Shown: positions 24,801-37,887, counted from the first letter of the stretch. The stretch: 64,000 bases of DNA from Octopus sinensis (GCF_006345805.1 NC_043000.1:103106001-103170000); one strand, 5' to 3'. Numbers and translations: made by a program. Notes: generated by a model not told the origin, from the letters alone.

Positions 24801-26164
24801 TATAAATGTTACATTCTAAAGAAAATATTTTAAGATACTGAGCAAAAGAAAAGCTAATATATTATGTCAAAGTATTTACACGAAAATAAATACCTTTTAA
24901 ATTACATTCAAGAACAAAAGAGATATTTATCCTACGAGTAGTGAGTTAAAGTAAAGGCAATGTATAATATATTTGCAACATCGATAACTGTGATATATTT
25001 CCTGCTGTCAACCTAATCGACTTCTACCTGCCACCAAGAACAGTATCTTGCTACTTATACATATTACATTGCACCGAAACAGTTGACCAACGAGGTTTAA
25101 ATGAATATTCTGAGACGCCTCGAATTTTGATTTTTAAATTTAAATTTCAGGTATCGTGGGGGAAAAAAACAACACATACATATGCGTGCTTCTGTCTGTG
25201 TATATGAATGTATAAATTTAAATACCTTTAAAATACAGTTGTCTTCAAATGAAGGCTAACAACTCAAGGTAGAACAGAGTGACTCAAAATTACGTCTACT
25301 TTCTGCTTTAATCACGTACGTTAATCCAGCTTCAATCTGCAAAAAGAAACTAAATGTGGGTCCTTTCATATAAATAACATTTGTCTCTCCACTTTCCTAT
25401 GTTTTTTTTTTATAAGGTGGGCAAATGCTTTTCTCTCGATCCTCATTTTCAATAACTATTCATATTACTGTTACTACTGCAGAAATAATTCTCCAACTCA
25501 GACTTGATTTAGTAGACGTATAATTACTGGTATGACAGCCTTCGTCATCAACGTCTTTATTCCTTTTTATCAGACACAATCTATCTAGCAAGGACTTCAT
25601 TAGTTAACTCCTCAGCATTTAATCAGGCCATATCTGGCCCAAATATTAGTTTCAGATTTTGGTACTAGACCACCAATATCGGGGCGAAGGAGGTAAATCG
25701 ATTACATCGACCACAGTACTCAACTGGTACATATTTTATAAACCCCGAAAGAATAACAGGCAAAGTCGACCTTGGCGGAATTTGAACTCGGAGTGTAAAG
25801 ACGGCGAAATGCCGTTAAGCATTGAACCCAGTACGGTAACGATTTTGATAGCTCGCTGCCTTCAACCTGGTTCAAATATTCTACCAGTTTTATTTTCAAA
25901 CCAGCAAGATCTGACTTCTTACAATAACCCTACAATGTCATGCTAAAAATATGCAATACACCATCGAAATCTTGAAGCTGTGAGATAATGTCTGATTAAT
26001 TCAAAACGATTTGGATAAATAGACGTTGCATTTCACAAATTAATGCTAAAGAGTTAAAGTGTCCTAGGTGCTGTTGTTGTTGTTGGTGGTGGTGATAGTG
26101 ATGGTGTTCATTTGCCCCATATGAAAACTTATGACCAACGACGTATATATATATATATATTTAT

Positions 26165-26421
26165 TTATTTATGCGCCCTTTTCCGTGGCATATATGTTCC
26201 CCCCAGCTGGACGGGACGCCAGTCCATCGCAGCGTTACTCAAGAAACAGGAAGAAAGAGTGAGAGAAAGTTGGGGCGAAAGAGTACAACAGGGTTCACCT
26301 CCAGCGCCTGCCGGAGCATCATGGAGCTTTTAGATGTTTTCGCTCAATAAACACACACAATCGAAACCGCGGTCCTCCAATCGCGAGTCCGCTGCCCTAA
26401 CCACTGGGCCATTGCGCCTCC
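26165..26421 (-). mobile_element. tRNA-head SINE, 5' module X + 3' module P
   Basis: Head matches the 3233 copy; tail matches the 13216 copy. Confidence 0.88.
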
Positions 26422-26460
26422 ACACACACACACACACATACACATACATACGCACACACA

Positions 26461-26510
<50 letters not shown>

Positions 26511-26985
26511 AACACACACATATATAGGCAGTATTTAATCTCTGAGCGAGACATAAACAGTAGCAACACGGATTCATAACATATAATTGCTAACCGAGTG
26601 TGGCATCCTATACGGAACATTGCTACTGACGTTTATAGCCCCAGGAAGACATCTCTTACAGCTGGCTCACAACACACATTCTGTATCCGATTAGTATTTG
26701 CGAGGGGAGGTCATCGCTCCCCTCTATAGCCTTACGTGATACACACGGACTCGAGTTTCTGGTCGTGAGCTAGCTGGAAGAGATGTATTTCTGGGGCTAT
26801 AAGCATCAGTAGCACTTGGTTGGTAATTATATATATATATATATATATATAAGAAAATAGTAAAGTGTGAAAAAACGACAGAAGGCTTAAATGTTAAAAA
26901 ATATATATATTTGTGTCAAAATGTCTGGAGAATATTGGAAAAATTTTTTTCCTTTCCTTAAAATGACATAATTTTAAAATTTTTA

Positions 26986-27025
26986 AAGAAATTACCGGTT
27001 TCGCGTGTAGCTTTTCAAATTTCTT
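26986..27025 (-). ncRNA. Minimal type I hammerhead ribozyme (U3-A8 variant) in the sense pLTR
   Basis: AAGAAAU-UUGAAAA-GC(UACAC)GC-GAA-ACCGGU-A-AUUUCUU: 7-bp stem I, 2-bp stem II, palindromic stem III, GUA cleavage triplet. Confidence 0.75.
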
Positions 27026-27159
27026 GCGACGTTATGTTTATATTGCATGGAATTATCGTTGTTTTTATTTCCAGGAGATTTCTAAATAAGGGGAGGTAGT
27101 GAGTGATTTTTTCGGTGTAGGGGAGATAATCGCTTAAAAACTTTTTTTTCCATTTCCTT

Positions 27160-28635
27160 GTTATTTTCTCTGTGTCAGTATGTTCGGATGGTTGAGTCTG
27201 GGTTTGTACTTTTCATTCAAGAGAATGTTTCCTTGTTCAGTCTCATTTGTGTTGATGATCCGAAAGCACATTGGTAAAATGGGAAGATTAAAAATTGTGG
27301 CAGTAGTTGCTTTGCGCATTTCTCATGTGCTCACTAAAAAAGGTATCATTCTATATTCTGGGAATGCAATCTGTTGTCGATGCAGTGTGCATCTGCGCCT
27401 GAGTGATAGTCCCGTGGAACCCACGTAGTCTTGGTGGCAGCCCGAGCATTTAATAACATAAATTATGTTTTCAGAGGCACAAGTAAAGTTAGATTTGATC
27501 TTAAATTTCTGTCCCTCTTTAAAGAGGAATTCTGATCCTTCCAATAGGTTAGGACATGTTGCAACAGTTCGATCTACCACATTTTTTTACTTTTGCATCC
27601 GTAATTTTAGAAGACAATTTTGCCTTTGTGAGAATCTTTTTAAGTGATTTAGGCTGTTTGTAGCTTTTAATGATTTGGTGTATGTTTAGAATTTCCTTTA
27701 ATTTTGGGTTTTTTATGAAGTATTGGTAAATTCTGTGATGATGGTGAAGGCTTCTTTGTTTCTTCTGGGGTTGTATGTAGATATGTAAGGTAGTATTTTC
27801 GGGGAATGGTGTTGTTGTGTTTTGAACTTTTCTAAAGTTTCTATGTTGATTTCTGTTGCACGTCTGATCCCATCCTCTATGAGTTGAGCTGGGTAATGTC
27901 TGTCAATTAGGGTGTTTTTTGAGTTCTTGCAGTCTAAAGTTCCTGGTATTTTGTTCTGACACTATTGTGCATATCCTTCTTGCAAGGTTGAAGGGGATGT
28001 TTGTTTTAGTGTGTCTTGGGTGGCATGAATTAAAAGAAGGTATTGTTTTGCGTCTGTGGCTTTGTAAAAAATGTCTGTTTCTATTTTAAGGTTAATTTTT
28101 TTAATTAGTATATCCAAGAACGGGAGCTCCTTTTGGTTGTATTCCATTGTGAACTGTATAGTTGGGTTTATGCTGTTCAATAGGTTTTAAATAAATTTAG
28201 GAGTTTATCTATGTTTTCATTCCAGAGAATGAAACAATCGTCTAGGAATCGTTTCCAATTCTCTTTTATGTATTGCGAGAGGGAGTTTCCAAAGATTGAT
28301 AGAGATTCCTGGTAAATGATTATTTCCATGTATCCCATTGTTAAGTTCGCAATGACTGGTGCTGCCCTTGTACCCATAGCAATTCCGGATTTTTGACGGT
28401 AAAATGTATTGTCAAACATGAAGTGGTTATTGTGTAGGATGAATTCAATTGATTTAGTAATGAATTCTTTACTGATCCTTTTTGGTATTTTCTTCCGGAA
28501 ATTGGTCTAACCAGAATTGTATTGCCTCCAGTCCATAATTATGAGGTATACTGGTATACAAGTTGACTACATCAAATGAAACCAGGATTGTTTCTTCCTT
28601 GGTTTTTTTTGGAAGGTGGTTTAACATATCTAAGT
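27160..28635 (-). pseudogene. PLE reverse transcriptase + GIY-YIG endonuclease, frameshifted
   Basis: ILVSFDVVNLYTSIP, QKSGIAMGTRAAPVIANL, WKRFLDDCF (RT); NIIYVIKCSGCHQDYVGST (GIY-YIG); C-terminal EKYKPRLN. Confidence 0.95.
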
Positions 28636-28842
28636 CAAGGAAACATTCTTCATTGAAAAGTACAAACCCAGACTCAACCATCCGAACATACTGACACAGA
28701 GAAATTAACAAGGAAATGGAAAAAAATTTTTTTAAGCGATTATCTCCCCTACACCGGAAAAATCACTCACTACCTCCCCTTATTTAGAATCTCCTGGAAA
28801 TAAAAACAACGATAATTCCATGCAATATAAACATAACGTCGC

Positions 28843-28882
28843 AAGAAATTTGAAAAGCTACACGCGAAACCGGTAATTTCTT
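28843..28882 (+). ncRNA. Identical hammerhead copy in the inverted pLTR
   Basis: Same 40 nt on the opposite strand; predicted cleavage after 28875. Confidence 0.75.
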
Positions 28883-29129
28883 TAAAAATTTTAAAATTAT
28901 GTCATTTTAAGGAAAGGAAAAAAATTTTTCCAATATTCTCCAGACATTTTGACACAAATATATATATTTTAACATTTAAGCCTTCTGTCGTTTTTTCACA
29001 CTTTACTATTTTCTTATATATTCACCCACGGTGCTTTACCAACAAACTTTCTTATATATATATATTATATATATATATATATATTATATTATATTAATTA
29101 TATTATATTATATTATATTATTTATATTT

Positions 29130-29590
29130 GGCTGTGTGGTAAGTAGCTTGCTAACCAACCACATGGTTCCGGTTCAGTCCCACTGCGTGGCATCTTCGGC
29201 AAGTGTCTTCTGCTATAGCCCCGGGCCGACCAATGCCTTGTGAGTGGATTTGGTAGACAGAAACTGAAAGAAGCCTGTCGTATATATAATATTATATTAT
29301 ATATAATATATATATATATAATATATATATATATGTATGTATGTGTGTGTGTGTGCGTGTGTGTGTGTGTGTGTGTTGTGTGTCTGTGTTTGTCCCCCTA
29401 GCATTGCTTGACAACGATGCTGGTGTGTTTACGTCCCCGTCATTTAGCGGTTCGGCAAAAGAGACTGATAGAATAAGTACTGGGCTTACAGAGAATAAGT
29501 CCTGGGGTCGATTTGCTCGATAAAGGCGGTGCTCCAGTATGGCCGCAGTCAAATGACTGGAACAAGTAAAAGAGTAAAAGAGTAAAGAGG
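29130..29590 (+). mobile_element. Full-length SINE family C (CORE-like block, internal TA/TG microsatellite)
   Basis: Head ggctgtgtggtaagtagcttgct, B-box-like ggttcagtccc, tail (aagagta)n. Confidence 0.9.
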
Positions 29591-30361
29591 GAGTATTATG
29601 CGTTGCATCTGTTCCTTTCAGATAGTAACAAGAGAGATTTAGTTGCTATTTCTAGCAAGTTTAAGCTGTTGTCAATGTTATGGTTTAACCACTGGACAGT
29701 CCTGATCGTAGAGAGCTTTAGTTGAAGACATTCCTATTATGACCAGGCCATTTGTTCGTGCACCAGGCCTACCTTGTCCAATATGTCCTTCTATTTTTTG
29801 TTTTTCAAAATTAGATTCAAGCGAAATTTGGCTATTATTTCTAGCATGTAAAGAGGCGGCAGAAACTCCCTAGAAACTGCTGCTGCTGCTTCTGGTGGTA
29901 GCGCTGGTGTGACGACGACGTTGACGGTGATGACGAAAACAACAGAAATGCGGGTGCAGCATTTAATTCAATATAGTATTTTATCGACAACTGCATAAGA
30001 AAACACGTGTGAGTGGCGGGGGACGGAGGTGAGAGAGAGAGGGGTAAGGTGTAGGGGAGAGGGTGAAGAGGAGGCGAGTAAGTGCAACACAGGAAAGACA
30101 ATGACAAACAAACAGGCAGCCTGTTATTTTGAGCATCACTGAGATGGTGAACTGTAAACAAGGTGCAGTGAGGTGGTGGTTGTGGGAGGAGACTGAGGCA
30201 TCGGGAAGAAGGAAGATGAGAAAGGTTAAGAAAAAGAGGAGGAGGCGGAGGAGGAGGAGGAGGAGGAAGGGGAGTGGAGAAGGTGGAAACAAAAGAAATA
30301 ATAATTGTTTCTGATTTAGGCACAAGGCCGAAAAAAAAAGAAGATAAAGAAATACTGCTCT

Positions 30362-30424
<63 letters not shown>

Positions 30425-30641
30425 GAAAAAAAGCAACAAGAACATCAAGAACGATAATAATATTAATAATTGTATTATTAATGATGATGATGATGATGAT
30501 GATGATGAAAATTTCTTTATTTGCCACTGGGGTATCGGATGTAGGGGATAGTGCAAAGACTAACTTGACAGTACGTAAAGACGGACGAAATGCCGCTAAG
30601 CATTTTGTCCGATGTGCTAACAGATCTGTCAGGTCACCGCC

Positions 30642-30689
<48 letters not shown>

Positions 30690-30694
<5 letters not shown>

Positions 30695-32011
30695 CCTTTC
30701 TACTATAGGCACAAGGCCTGAAATTTCGAGGGAGGGGGATATCCGATTAAATCGACCCCAGTGTTTCAGTGGTACTTAATTTATCGCCTCCGAAAAGATG
30801 GAAAGCAAAGTCGACCTCGATGGAATTTGTACTCAGAACATAAAGATCAGGTCAGGTGTGGCGCCACGCGTCGTTGCATTCACGATTTGTCGGTATATTC
30901 CAGGTTTTTCCGGGCGACCCGTCGAGTAGAGTCCTAGTCAGTCTCTATCTACGCGAGACACGTCCTCATCTGCCGTGACTATGGGGCATGTGGTCGACCA
31001 GTGTGAGCCGTCAACCCAACCCGATCCTCAGTGAAGAGAGTACGGTAAGCAAGATCTAACTCGGAAAATCGAGCAAAAACTCCAAACAATCTAATCTGGC
31101 GCTTCCGAATCATACATGTAACAGGACGAAATTCGACCAATGGTAACCATTAATCCTACGGTACGTCCTTGTACCAGAGGATTCAGGCGGCTCCTAAAGG
31201 CCCCGGTCAGTGTCAAAGGCTCACAAATATAGCGCAAGGTAAGGAGGACTAGAGACCTAACGACACGAACCCTTGTTTTCTTGCACAGATACCGGCAGCG
31301 CCAAACACCTTTGTCCAATGATTTAACAACTGCACCAGAACAGTCAGGGTTCACATCGAATAGATCAACTACTGACAAGACCTTGGATCTTTATGTAATT
31401 ATTGAACGCAAGAGTAGCTTTTGGGAGAGCCTCTTACAGCCTATGTCGACCTCTATAAAACGTTTGATTCGTTGAACAGGGATGTGCTTTGGAGGATTCT
31501 GGAGCTACGTGGTATATCTCCTCAGATGATTCAGCTGATGATGGCCTTATGCACTGGAACGATCAGAGCCATTCAGATAAGGGGTTCCACATCTTACATG
31601 TTTCCTGTTAGGTCTGGAGTCTGTCAGGGTTGTGTCTTGGCTCCTACACTGTTCAATGCCCGCATAGACTAGGTACTTGACCGAATGGTGATTCGATTGT
31701 GTTATAGTGCGCTCATTGGTGAAACTAAGATGACAGAGCTAGATTTTGTTGATGCAGTTATTCTTGCGGAGTCTCTGGATGTCTTTAAGAGCACCCTCCA
31801 TTCACTAAGTGTGGAAGTAGAACCACTTGGCCTTAAAGTCTCTTGGGTCAAGACAAAGATTCAGTCTTTTGTTGACTTCTGTCTCCGTTGTAGGTGAGAA
31901 TGCTGAAGTTGTTGACCGCTTCACTTACCTAGGTAGTGAGATTCGGAGCGGCGAGTCTGAAGAAGAACGTAAAGACAGACGAAATACTGCCAAGTATTTT
32001 GTCCGGCGGGC

Positions 32012-32015
<4 letters not shown>
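30690..32015 (-). mobile_element. SINE family A' interrupted by the RTE fragment
   Basis: Body at 30690-30846; head resumes at 31965-32015. Confidence 0.8.
30847..31964 (+). pseudogene. RTE-clade LINE reverse transcriptase fragment
   Basis: EQSGFTSNRSTTD, AYVDLYKTFDSLNRDVLWRIL, SGVCQGCVLAPTLFN, ELDFVDAVILAES, GLKVSWVKTK and VDRFTYLGSEI, with stops and frameshifts. Confidence 0.9.
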
Positions 32016-32075
<60 letters not shown>

Positions 32076-32100
32076 TATAATAATAATAATAATAATAATT

Positions 32101-32132
<32 letters not shown>

Positions 32133-32992
32133 AAGAGAAGAAGAAGAAGGTGGAGGAAGAAGATCACTGAAAGTGGCGGAAAGGAAGTGAGAGACAAGAA
32201 AGAGAATTAAAAGGAAATGTGAGAGGAGAATTAGAGTTAGAGAGAGAGAGAGAGAGAGAGAGGGAGGGAGGGAGGGAGGAGGAGGGGTGAGGAATTTAAG
32301 AACGGACTACGATGAGAAGTGCTATAGTAGATTTGTTTTCAGTTTGACACTACTTTTAGTAGATGAATTAAAAGTAATTTCTGGCCTTGTGCCTATGTAA
32401 GAAATTAAGTGTGCTCAACAGCTGTTTCGTTGACATAAAGCATCATTATTTATATAATAGGGTAACACTTTTAAATGAATTATGTATATTGTTTATGTAA
32501 TTATATAAATAATGATGTTTTGCGCAGGAAATTATTAATATTAGTTTCAAATTTTGGCACAGAGCCAGTAGATTTGTGGGAGTGGCTAAGTCAGTTAAAT
32601 CGACCCCAGTGTTCATATGGTACTTATTTTATCTACATCGAAAGGATGCAAGGCAAAATTGAGCTCAGATCGTAAAGACGGACGAAATGCCGCTAAGCAT
32701 CTCCCTCGGCGTGCTAACGATTCAATCAAGCTCGCCGCCTTAGAAATTATTACTATTAAGTCGGGAGGATTGGAAGGATATGGCTTCTGAGTTCGAGTCC
32801 CACCGAAGTCAGTTTATACCTCTCGCCCTTTTAGTATCAATTAAATAATTTCGAGACAAATATTGGGCTGAAGTTTTTCAACTATTATTACTCTGTCGAA
32901 TCTGAGGTCTTGTGCTTGTATTAGAAATCAGTTTGATTCTACTTTACATCAGTCTATCTCCTGCTGCTACAACAACAACAACAACAACAACA

Positions 32993-33059
<67 letters not shown>

Positions 33060-33842
33060 TTGCTTACTACTCCTGCTACCACTGCCGCTGCCAATAATCC
33101 TGCTGCTGCAATTACTCTTGCTTCTACTGCGATTACTCCTGTTGCTGATGCTATTACTTCTTCTCTCTTCTTCTTCTTCTGCTGCTGCTGCTATTGCCCA
33201 TGATGATGATGATGATGATAATGACACTCTTTCTCGCTCTATAAAACTACACTTTTAAATATATTCAAACCGTATTTTCTCACGTATTTTCTCTGCTGTC
33301 ACCTTCATCATCTTATTCACCTCCATCTTCTTCCAGCTCTTTCTCCGTCTCATTCACCTCTTCCTTAACCTTTTTCTTCCTATTATTCTCCAACTCCTCA
33401 TCTTCTTCCTTCAGTCTCCCTTACTCTCTTTCTCTCTCCCTTTCCTTCTTTCCTTTGTCTCACCCCACACTCTTTTCCATTTCTCTATCTCTATTCTTTC
33501 AATTTTCACTGCTAAACATCAGAAAACAACTCTAATCTCCAAGAGAAGGAAGTCATTTAAAAAGAAAAGAAATGTTTATCCGTAAATAATTGTAAAACAT
33601 TTTAAATTATTTATGAGTTTATCAAACTAAACAGACAGGGAAACAATAGGCAAATAACCACGCTCGGAGAAACCCTTCTATTTTAGACTAAGTAACTAGC
33701 TTATCAAATTGTGCTGATGGAGAAACTATAGGGAAATAACCAAGGGATTAATGTTGTGTTTGGGTACTTGTTAGTGAAAATTGGAAGGGTAGAGACTGAG
33801 GAATGAGAAAGAGTGTGATGTGAAGAAAGAGAGAGCGAGAGC

Positions 33843-33884
<42 letters not shown>

Positions 33885-34010
33885 GGAAGGAAGGAAGGAA
33901 GGAAGGAGGAAGGAAGGAAGGAAGGAAGAAAGGAACGTAGGAAGGAAGGAAGGAAGGAAGGAAGGAAGAAAGAAAGAAAGAAAGAAAAAAGGAAGGAACG
34001 TAGGAAGGAA

Positions 34011-34042
<32 letters not shown>

Positions 34043-35053
34043 AGAAAGAGTAAAAAGAAACTGAAGAAACGTATGCTACCTCCTTCCTAGACTGGAAACT
34101 AGTTTATCAAGTTGTACCTATAGAGAAATTATAAACAAAATAAACACGGGTTGTTCCCACTATCTTGGACTGGAAACTACACTGACAGGAAAGCATTAGG
34201 CCAAAAGCTAGCTGATCAAACTATACTCCGAAGGAAAATATAAACAAACAATTACAGAATGTTGCTCCCATCTGAGGCTTGAGTCTAGGTTCTTATAATT
34301 TGTGCTTACTGTTTAGTCAATACTAAACATTAGATTGCGTCCATGAACTTTTTGCAAGTTCTGCGAAGCTTATGTGGGAAAGGAGAAAACCGGGACTTAT
34401 GTATTGCTGTTCAGCGACAGATCAGTTCTGATCGAGCAGATACATTATCAAAACCGTTTCAACCATGTCTATCGAATTTATCCAAGAAACACTATATCGC
34501 CTCTTCACTCACGTCTGTAACGTATCTAACATGTATAAAGTATTTTACATCTCTACTATCCTAAAACCTTCAAACCTCTTCACGACAACTACATTAAATA
34601 TGTCAACACTAATTTAACTATTGTTTTTCTCCTAGATGGTGTCTCTGAGCATTCAATATCAAGTGATTTGTAGCTTTTTAGGTCTGGGCATGTGTAATAT
34701 TGAGGATCTACTTAGTTATTCTCTCATCCTTACATTAGTAAGTAAAGTGGAATCTATGCTTCAGTAACTCAAATAAGACGAAACATGCCCCGTAATTGCT
34801 GAAACGCTTTAAATAACATTAATCATTGAGTTAAACTTGTTATTTCCTAGTCACATAATTATTTCTAATTAGAAGGTTAATGCTATATGCATTAACTATA
34901 TTAACACTAACTTAATTAACTCTCATATAACTAAGCTTAAAACTGAAAACCAACCAAATTTCTCAGTGCTGTCACTGTTTCTAGCAATGACATATAACAT
35001 CAGCTGAATGGACGGCGCTGTTAAAATTTGGGAGCATAATGAAAACTAGTGAT

Positions 35054-35095
35054 AGAACATTATTCGCAGAACATTATTCGCAGAACATTATTCGC
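35054..35095. repeat. 14-bp tandem repeat x3 (agaacattattcgc)
   Basis: Direct reading. Confidence 0.95.
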
Positions 35096-35567
35096 AAATA
35101 TTTAACTGATGAATGTTAAACAGACTTGTTTGGCAGCAGGTTTCTGTTGATAACTATTATAATCTGTATGATAACTATTATAATCTAGAAACTGTGTGGT
35201 ATCTTTTACAATCTATATCGGAAATTGTTTTTCTTGAGCTGATAACGGCGCGGTCTGAAGTTAGAAAATATAGACGAGAATAACAACAGGTTCAAAACTG
35301 GTAAATGATCCCATCCACTGTAGGAATTGTTTAGCTGTAAAGGTTGAACTTCTCTTAAAGGTGGAAATAGCGACTGACTAGTCACATTGGAAAGGCAATT
35401 TCGTGTATCTGATTCTCATACAATATTTGTGTTGATCCCAGCAAGTTTGTGACATTTGTCAATCCGCTGAATGTTTATATTGTGTGTGTGTGGCAAGCAT
35501 ATTAATTTTTCAAGACCCATATATCTGCACAATAATCAAACTATCATCAACATTTTAAGCCTTTAAT

Positions 35568-36510
35568 TCAACAAGTACTTAGGATTGATTTTCTGTCGTA
35601 CTTTATCTCTGATACGTCTCTCTCAGTAGTCCAGCAGCAGTCAGAAGACACATACAGGTTCCAGATGATTTGAGAATCTATAAAAAATACCTTTTCTGGT
35701 CGTTGCACAACTGATCCGGAGCACCTTACTTGTCCGGTGTTTGAATCCAGTTTGCACTGTGACAGTTGCTTTTACATAGCTTTACATAACATCCGAACTT
35801 GATGTGCGAAGGTGGAAGGAACATTTTCTCAGGGTGAGCAAGAGAACCACTCAAAATATCTTCCTTTCCTGGGACAAGTGATGTTTTGACTAATGTTTCA
35901 GAACGTATTGATTTTGCCTACCCCTTCAGTCCTACTCACATAAAGAAAAAAAATAGCAGTACTCGGTGTAACCTAGCAGCAACCCTAACAAAAGAATAAT
36001 GATCGTCAGATCTCCAGAATTCCTAATATTTCTGCTACCGAACCTTTTCTAACAGCAACATCATATCTAAGGACTTTTTATTCTGGTAGCATGTGGAAAA
36101 AAAAGTAAGACGGGAATTTATTTTTGTTTGGAAGAAAGGATTGCTTTCAAACTGCCTTTTAAGGAATTTATGTAATGTTCATAGACAAGAGTCCCATGAC
36201 TAAAGTACCTTTAGAAAGTACAAGTCTATCTTCATTGGAGAACATTTTATTAAACTCATCATGGCGGTTTCGGAAAACACAAACTTTTGTAACAGGTTGC
36301 AGTTGATTCCAACCATTCAATCGTGAACCGACTAAGTTCAGCTCTCGTCTTAGATAAATTCAAATCACGAACCACTTCATTTAAATCTCTCTGTAACAGT
36401 GAATGCGGTTGAGTGGAGGAACAGGTAACCAATAATGTGTATCAGGAATATCTTCATCGCTTTACATGTGATATGTTTCAGTATTGTTTTCTTCTTCATC
36501 ACTTCCACAT
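35568..36510 (-). pseudogene. DNA-transposon transposase relic, probably CMC/Chapaev3-like, internally deleted
   Basis: Manual translation: QRDLNEVVRDLNLSKTRAEL; GDLTIIILLLGLLLGYTEYC..LCE*D; PGKEDILSGSLAHPEKMFLPPSHIKFG; C-terminal DCCWTTERDVSEIKYDRKS. The transposase call is solid; the superfamily name is from memory. Confidence 0.75.
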
Positions 36511-36583
36511 AACGTGTTCAGGAGGATTCGCAAATTAATCACTTAGGGAACTTGTCATATTGTGCACGTGCGTGTGTATGTGC

Positions 36584-36621
<38 letters not shown>

Positions 36622-37279
36622 GCGCGCGTATGCATGTATATATGTATGTAAGACGAAGACAAAGAATATATGTATACATATGTATGGCTGTATGTGTGTG
36701 TGTGAATGTGTGTGTATGGCATGTATGCATGCTTGCATGCACAAATGCAAATATATACTTATAGAGAAAAATCATGCGTATGTGCGATACGTAGCATTTT
36801 TCAACGAATACTCACAACCACTTGATTACGTCGACGACCTTTTTCTCAGATCAATTATTGACCTTCCAGCGGAAGTTATTGGAGAAATACAAGATTTACA
36901 CCCGGAAATATTACATCGTTATTTATAAACTGGTCACATATATACTTCTCAATCTTCTGATTCCCATCTCTCTCTTTCTCTCCTCTCTCTCTTCCTCTCT
37001 CACTGACTCTTCCCCCTCTTTCTCTCATGGTCATTCATGTGTGCATATTAGTTGATACATAAATAGATTCACCTATGAAGTTGTGAGAAATGTAGTAATA
37101 AATATTTCCTTGGTAGATAAATGTCTATATTATGCTATGCTGTATTTAAATAGGAGTGATGAACGAGCACAGTCGCTAAACCATCCGACTAAATAGCTTG
37201 TCGTATTATATCATAGAGCTGCTTTACGTCACGAGTTCAAACACGACAATTTGCAATGTAAAATATATACATATATATA

Positions 37280-37691
37280 GACGCGGGAGTGGCTGTGTGG
37301 TAAGTAGCTTGCTAACCAACCACATGGTTCAGGGTTCAGTCCCACTGCGTGGCATCTTGGGCAAGTGTCTTCTGCTATAGCCCCGGGCCGACCAATGCCT
37401 TGTGAGTGGATTTGGTAGACGGAAACTGAAAGAAACCCGTCGTATATATGTATATATATATATATGTATGTGTGTGTATGTGTTTGTGTGTCTGTGTTTG
37501 TCCCCCTAGCATTGCTTGACAACCGATGCTGGTGTGTTTACGTCCCCGTCACTTAGCGGTTCGGCAAAAGAGACCGATAGAATAAGTACTGGGCTTACAA
37601 AGAATAAGTCCCGGGGTCGATTTGCTCGACTAAAGGCGGTGCTCCAGCATGGCCACAGTCTAATGACTGAAACAAGTAAAAGAGTAAAAGA
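37280..37691 (+). mobile_element. Full-length SINE family C
   Basis: Near-identical to the 29130 copy apart from the internal microsatellite. Confidence 0.92.
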
Positions 37692-37741
37692 GATATGCTT
37701 GCAAACATGTATGTCTGTGTATGTGTGTGTGCGCGCGTGCT

Positions 37742-37799
<58 letters not shown>

Positions 37800-37887
37800 T
37801 AGGGATGGTATTATTAAAATACCATCACAAGTGGTAAGCGAATTATTAGTCGTACAGGCAAATTAATGAAATATATACATACAATAT

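Larger units (their letters stand above)
26845..29020 (-). mobile_element. 5'-truncated Penelope-like retroelement with inverted pseudo-LTRs
   Basis: RT and GIY-YIG motifs; inverted arms at ~26845-27235 and ~28636-29020; (TA)n flanks. Confidence 0.95.

Noticed and set aside
25290-25365. Strong minus-strand splice acceptor tttctttttgcag
   Set aside because: Only a very short unrecognisable peptide follows; cannot be supported without RNA data.
35054-35095. AGAACA hormone-response half-sites in the 14-bp repeat
   Set aside because: Direct repeats with 8-nt spacing do not fit the canonical inverted element; chance is adequate.
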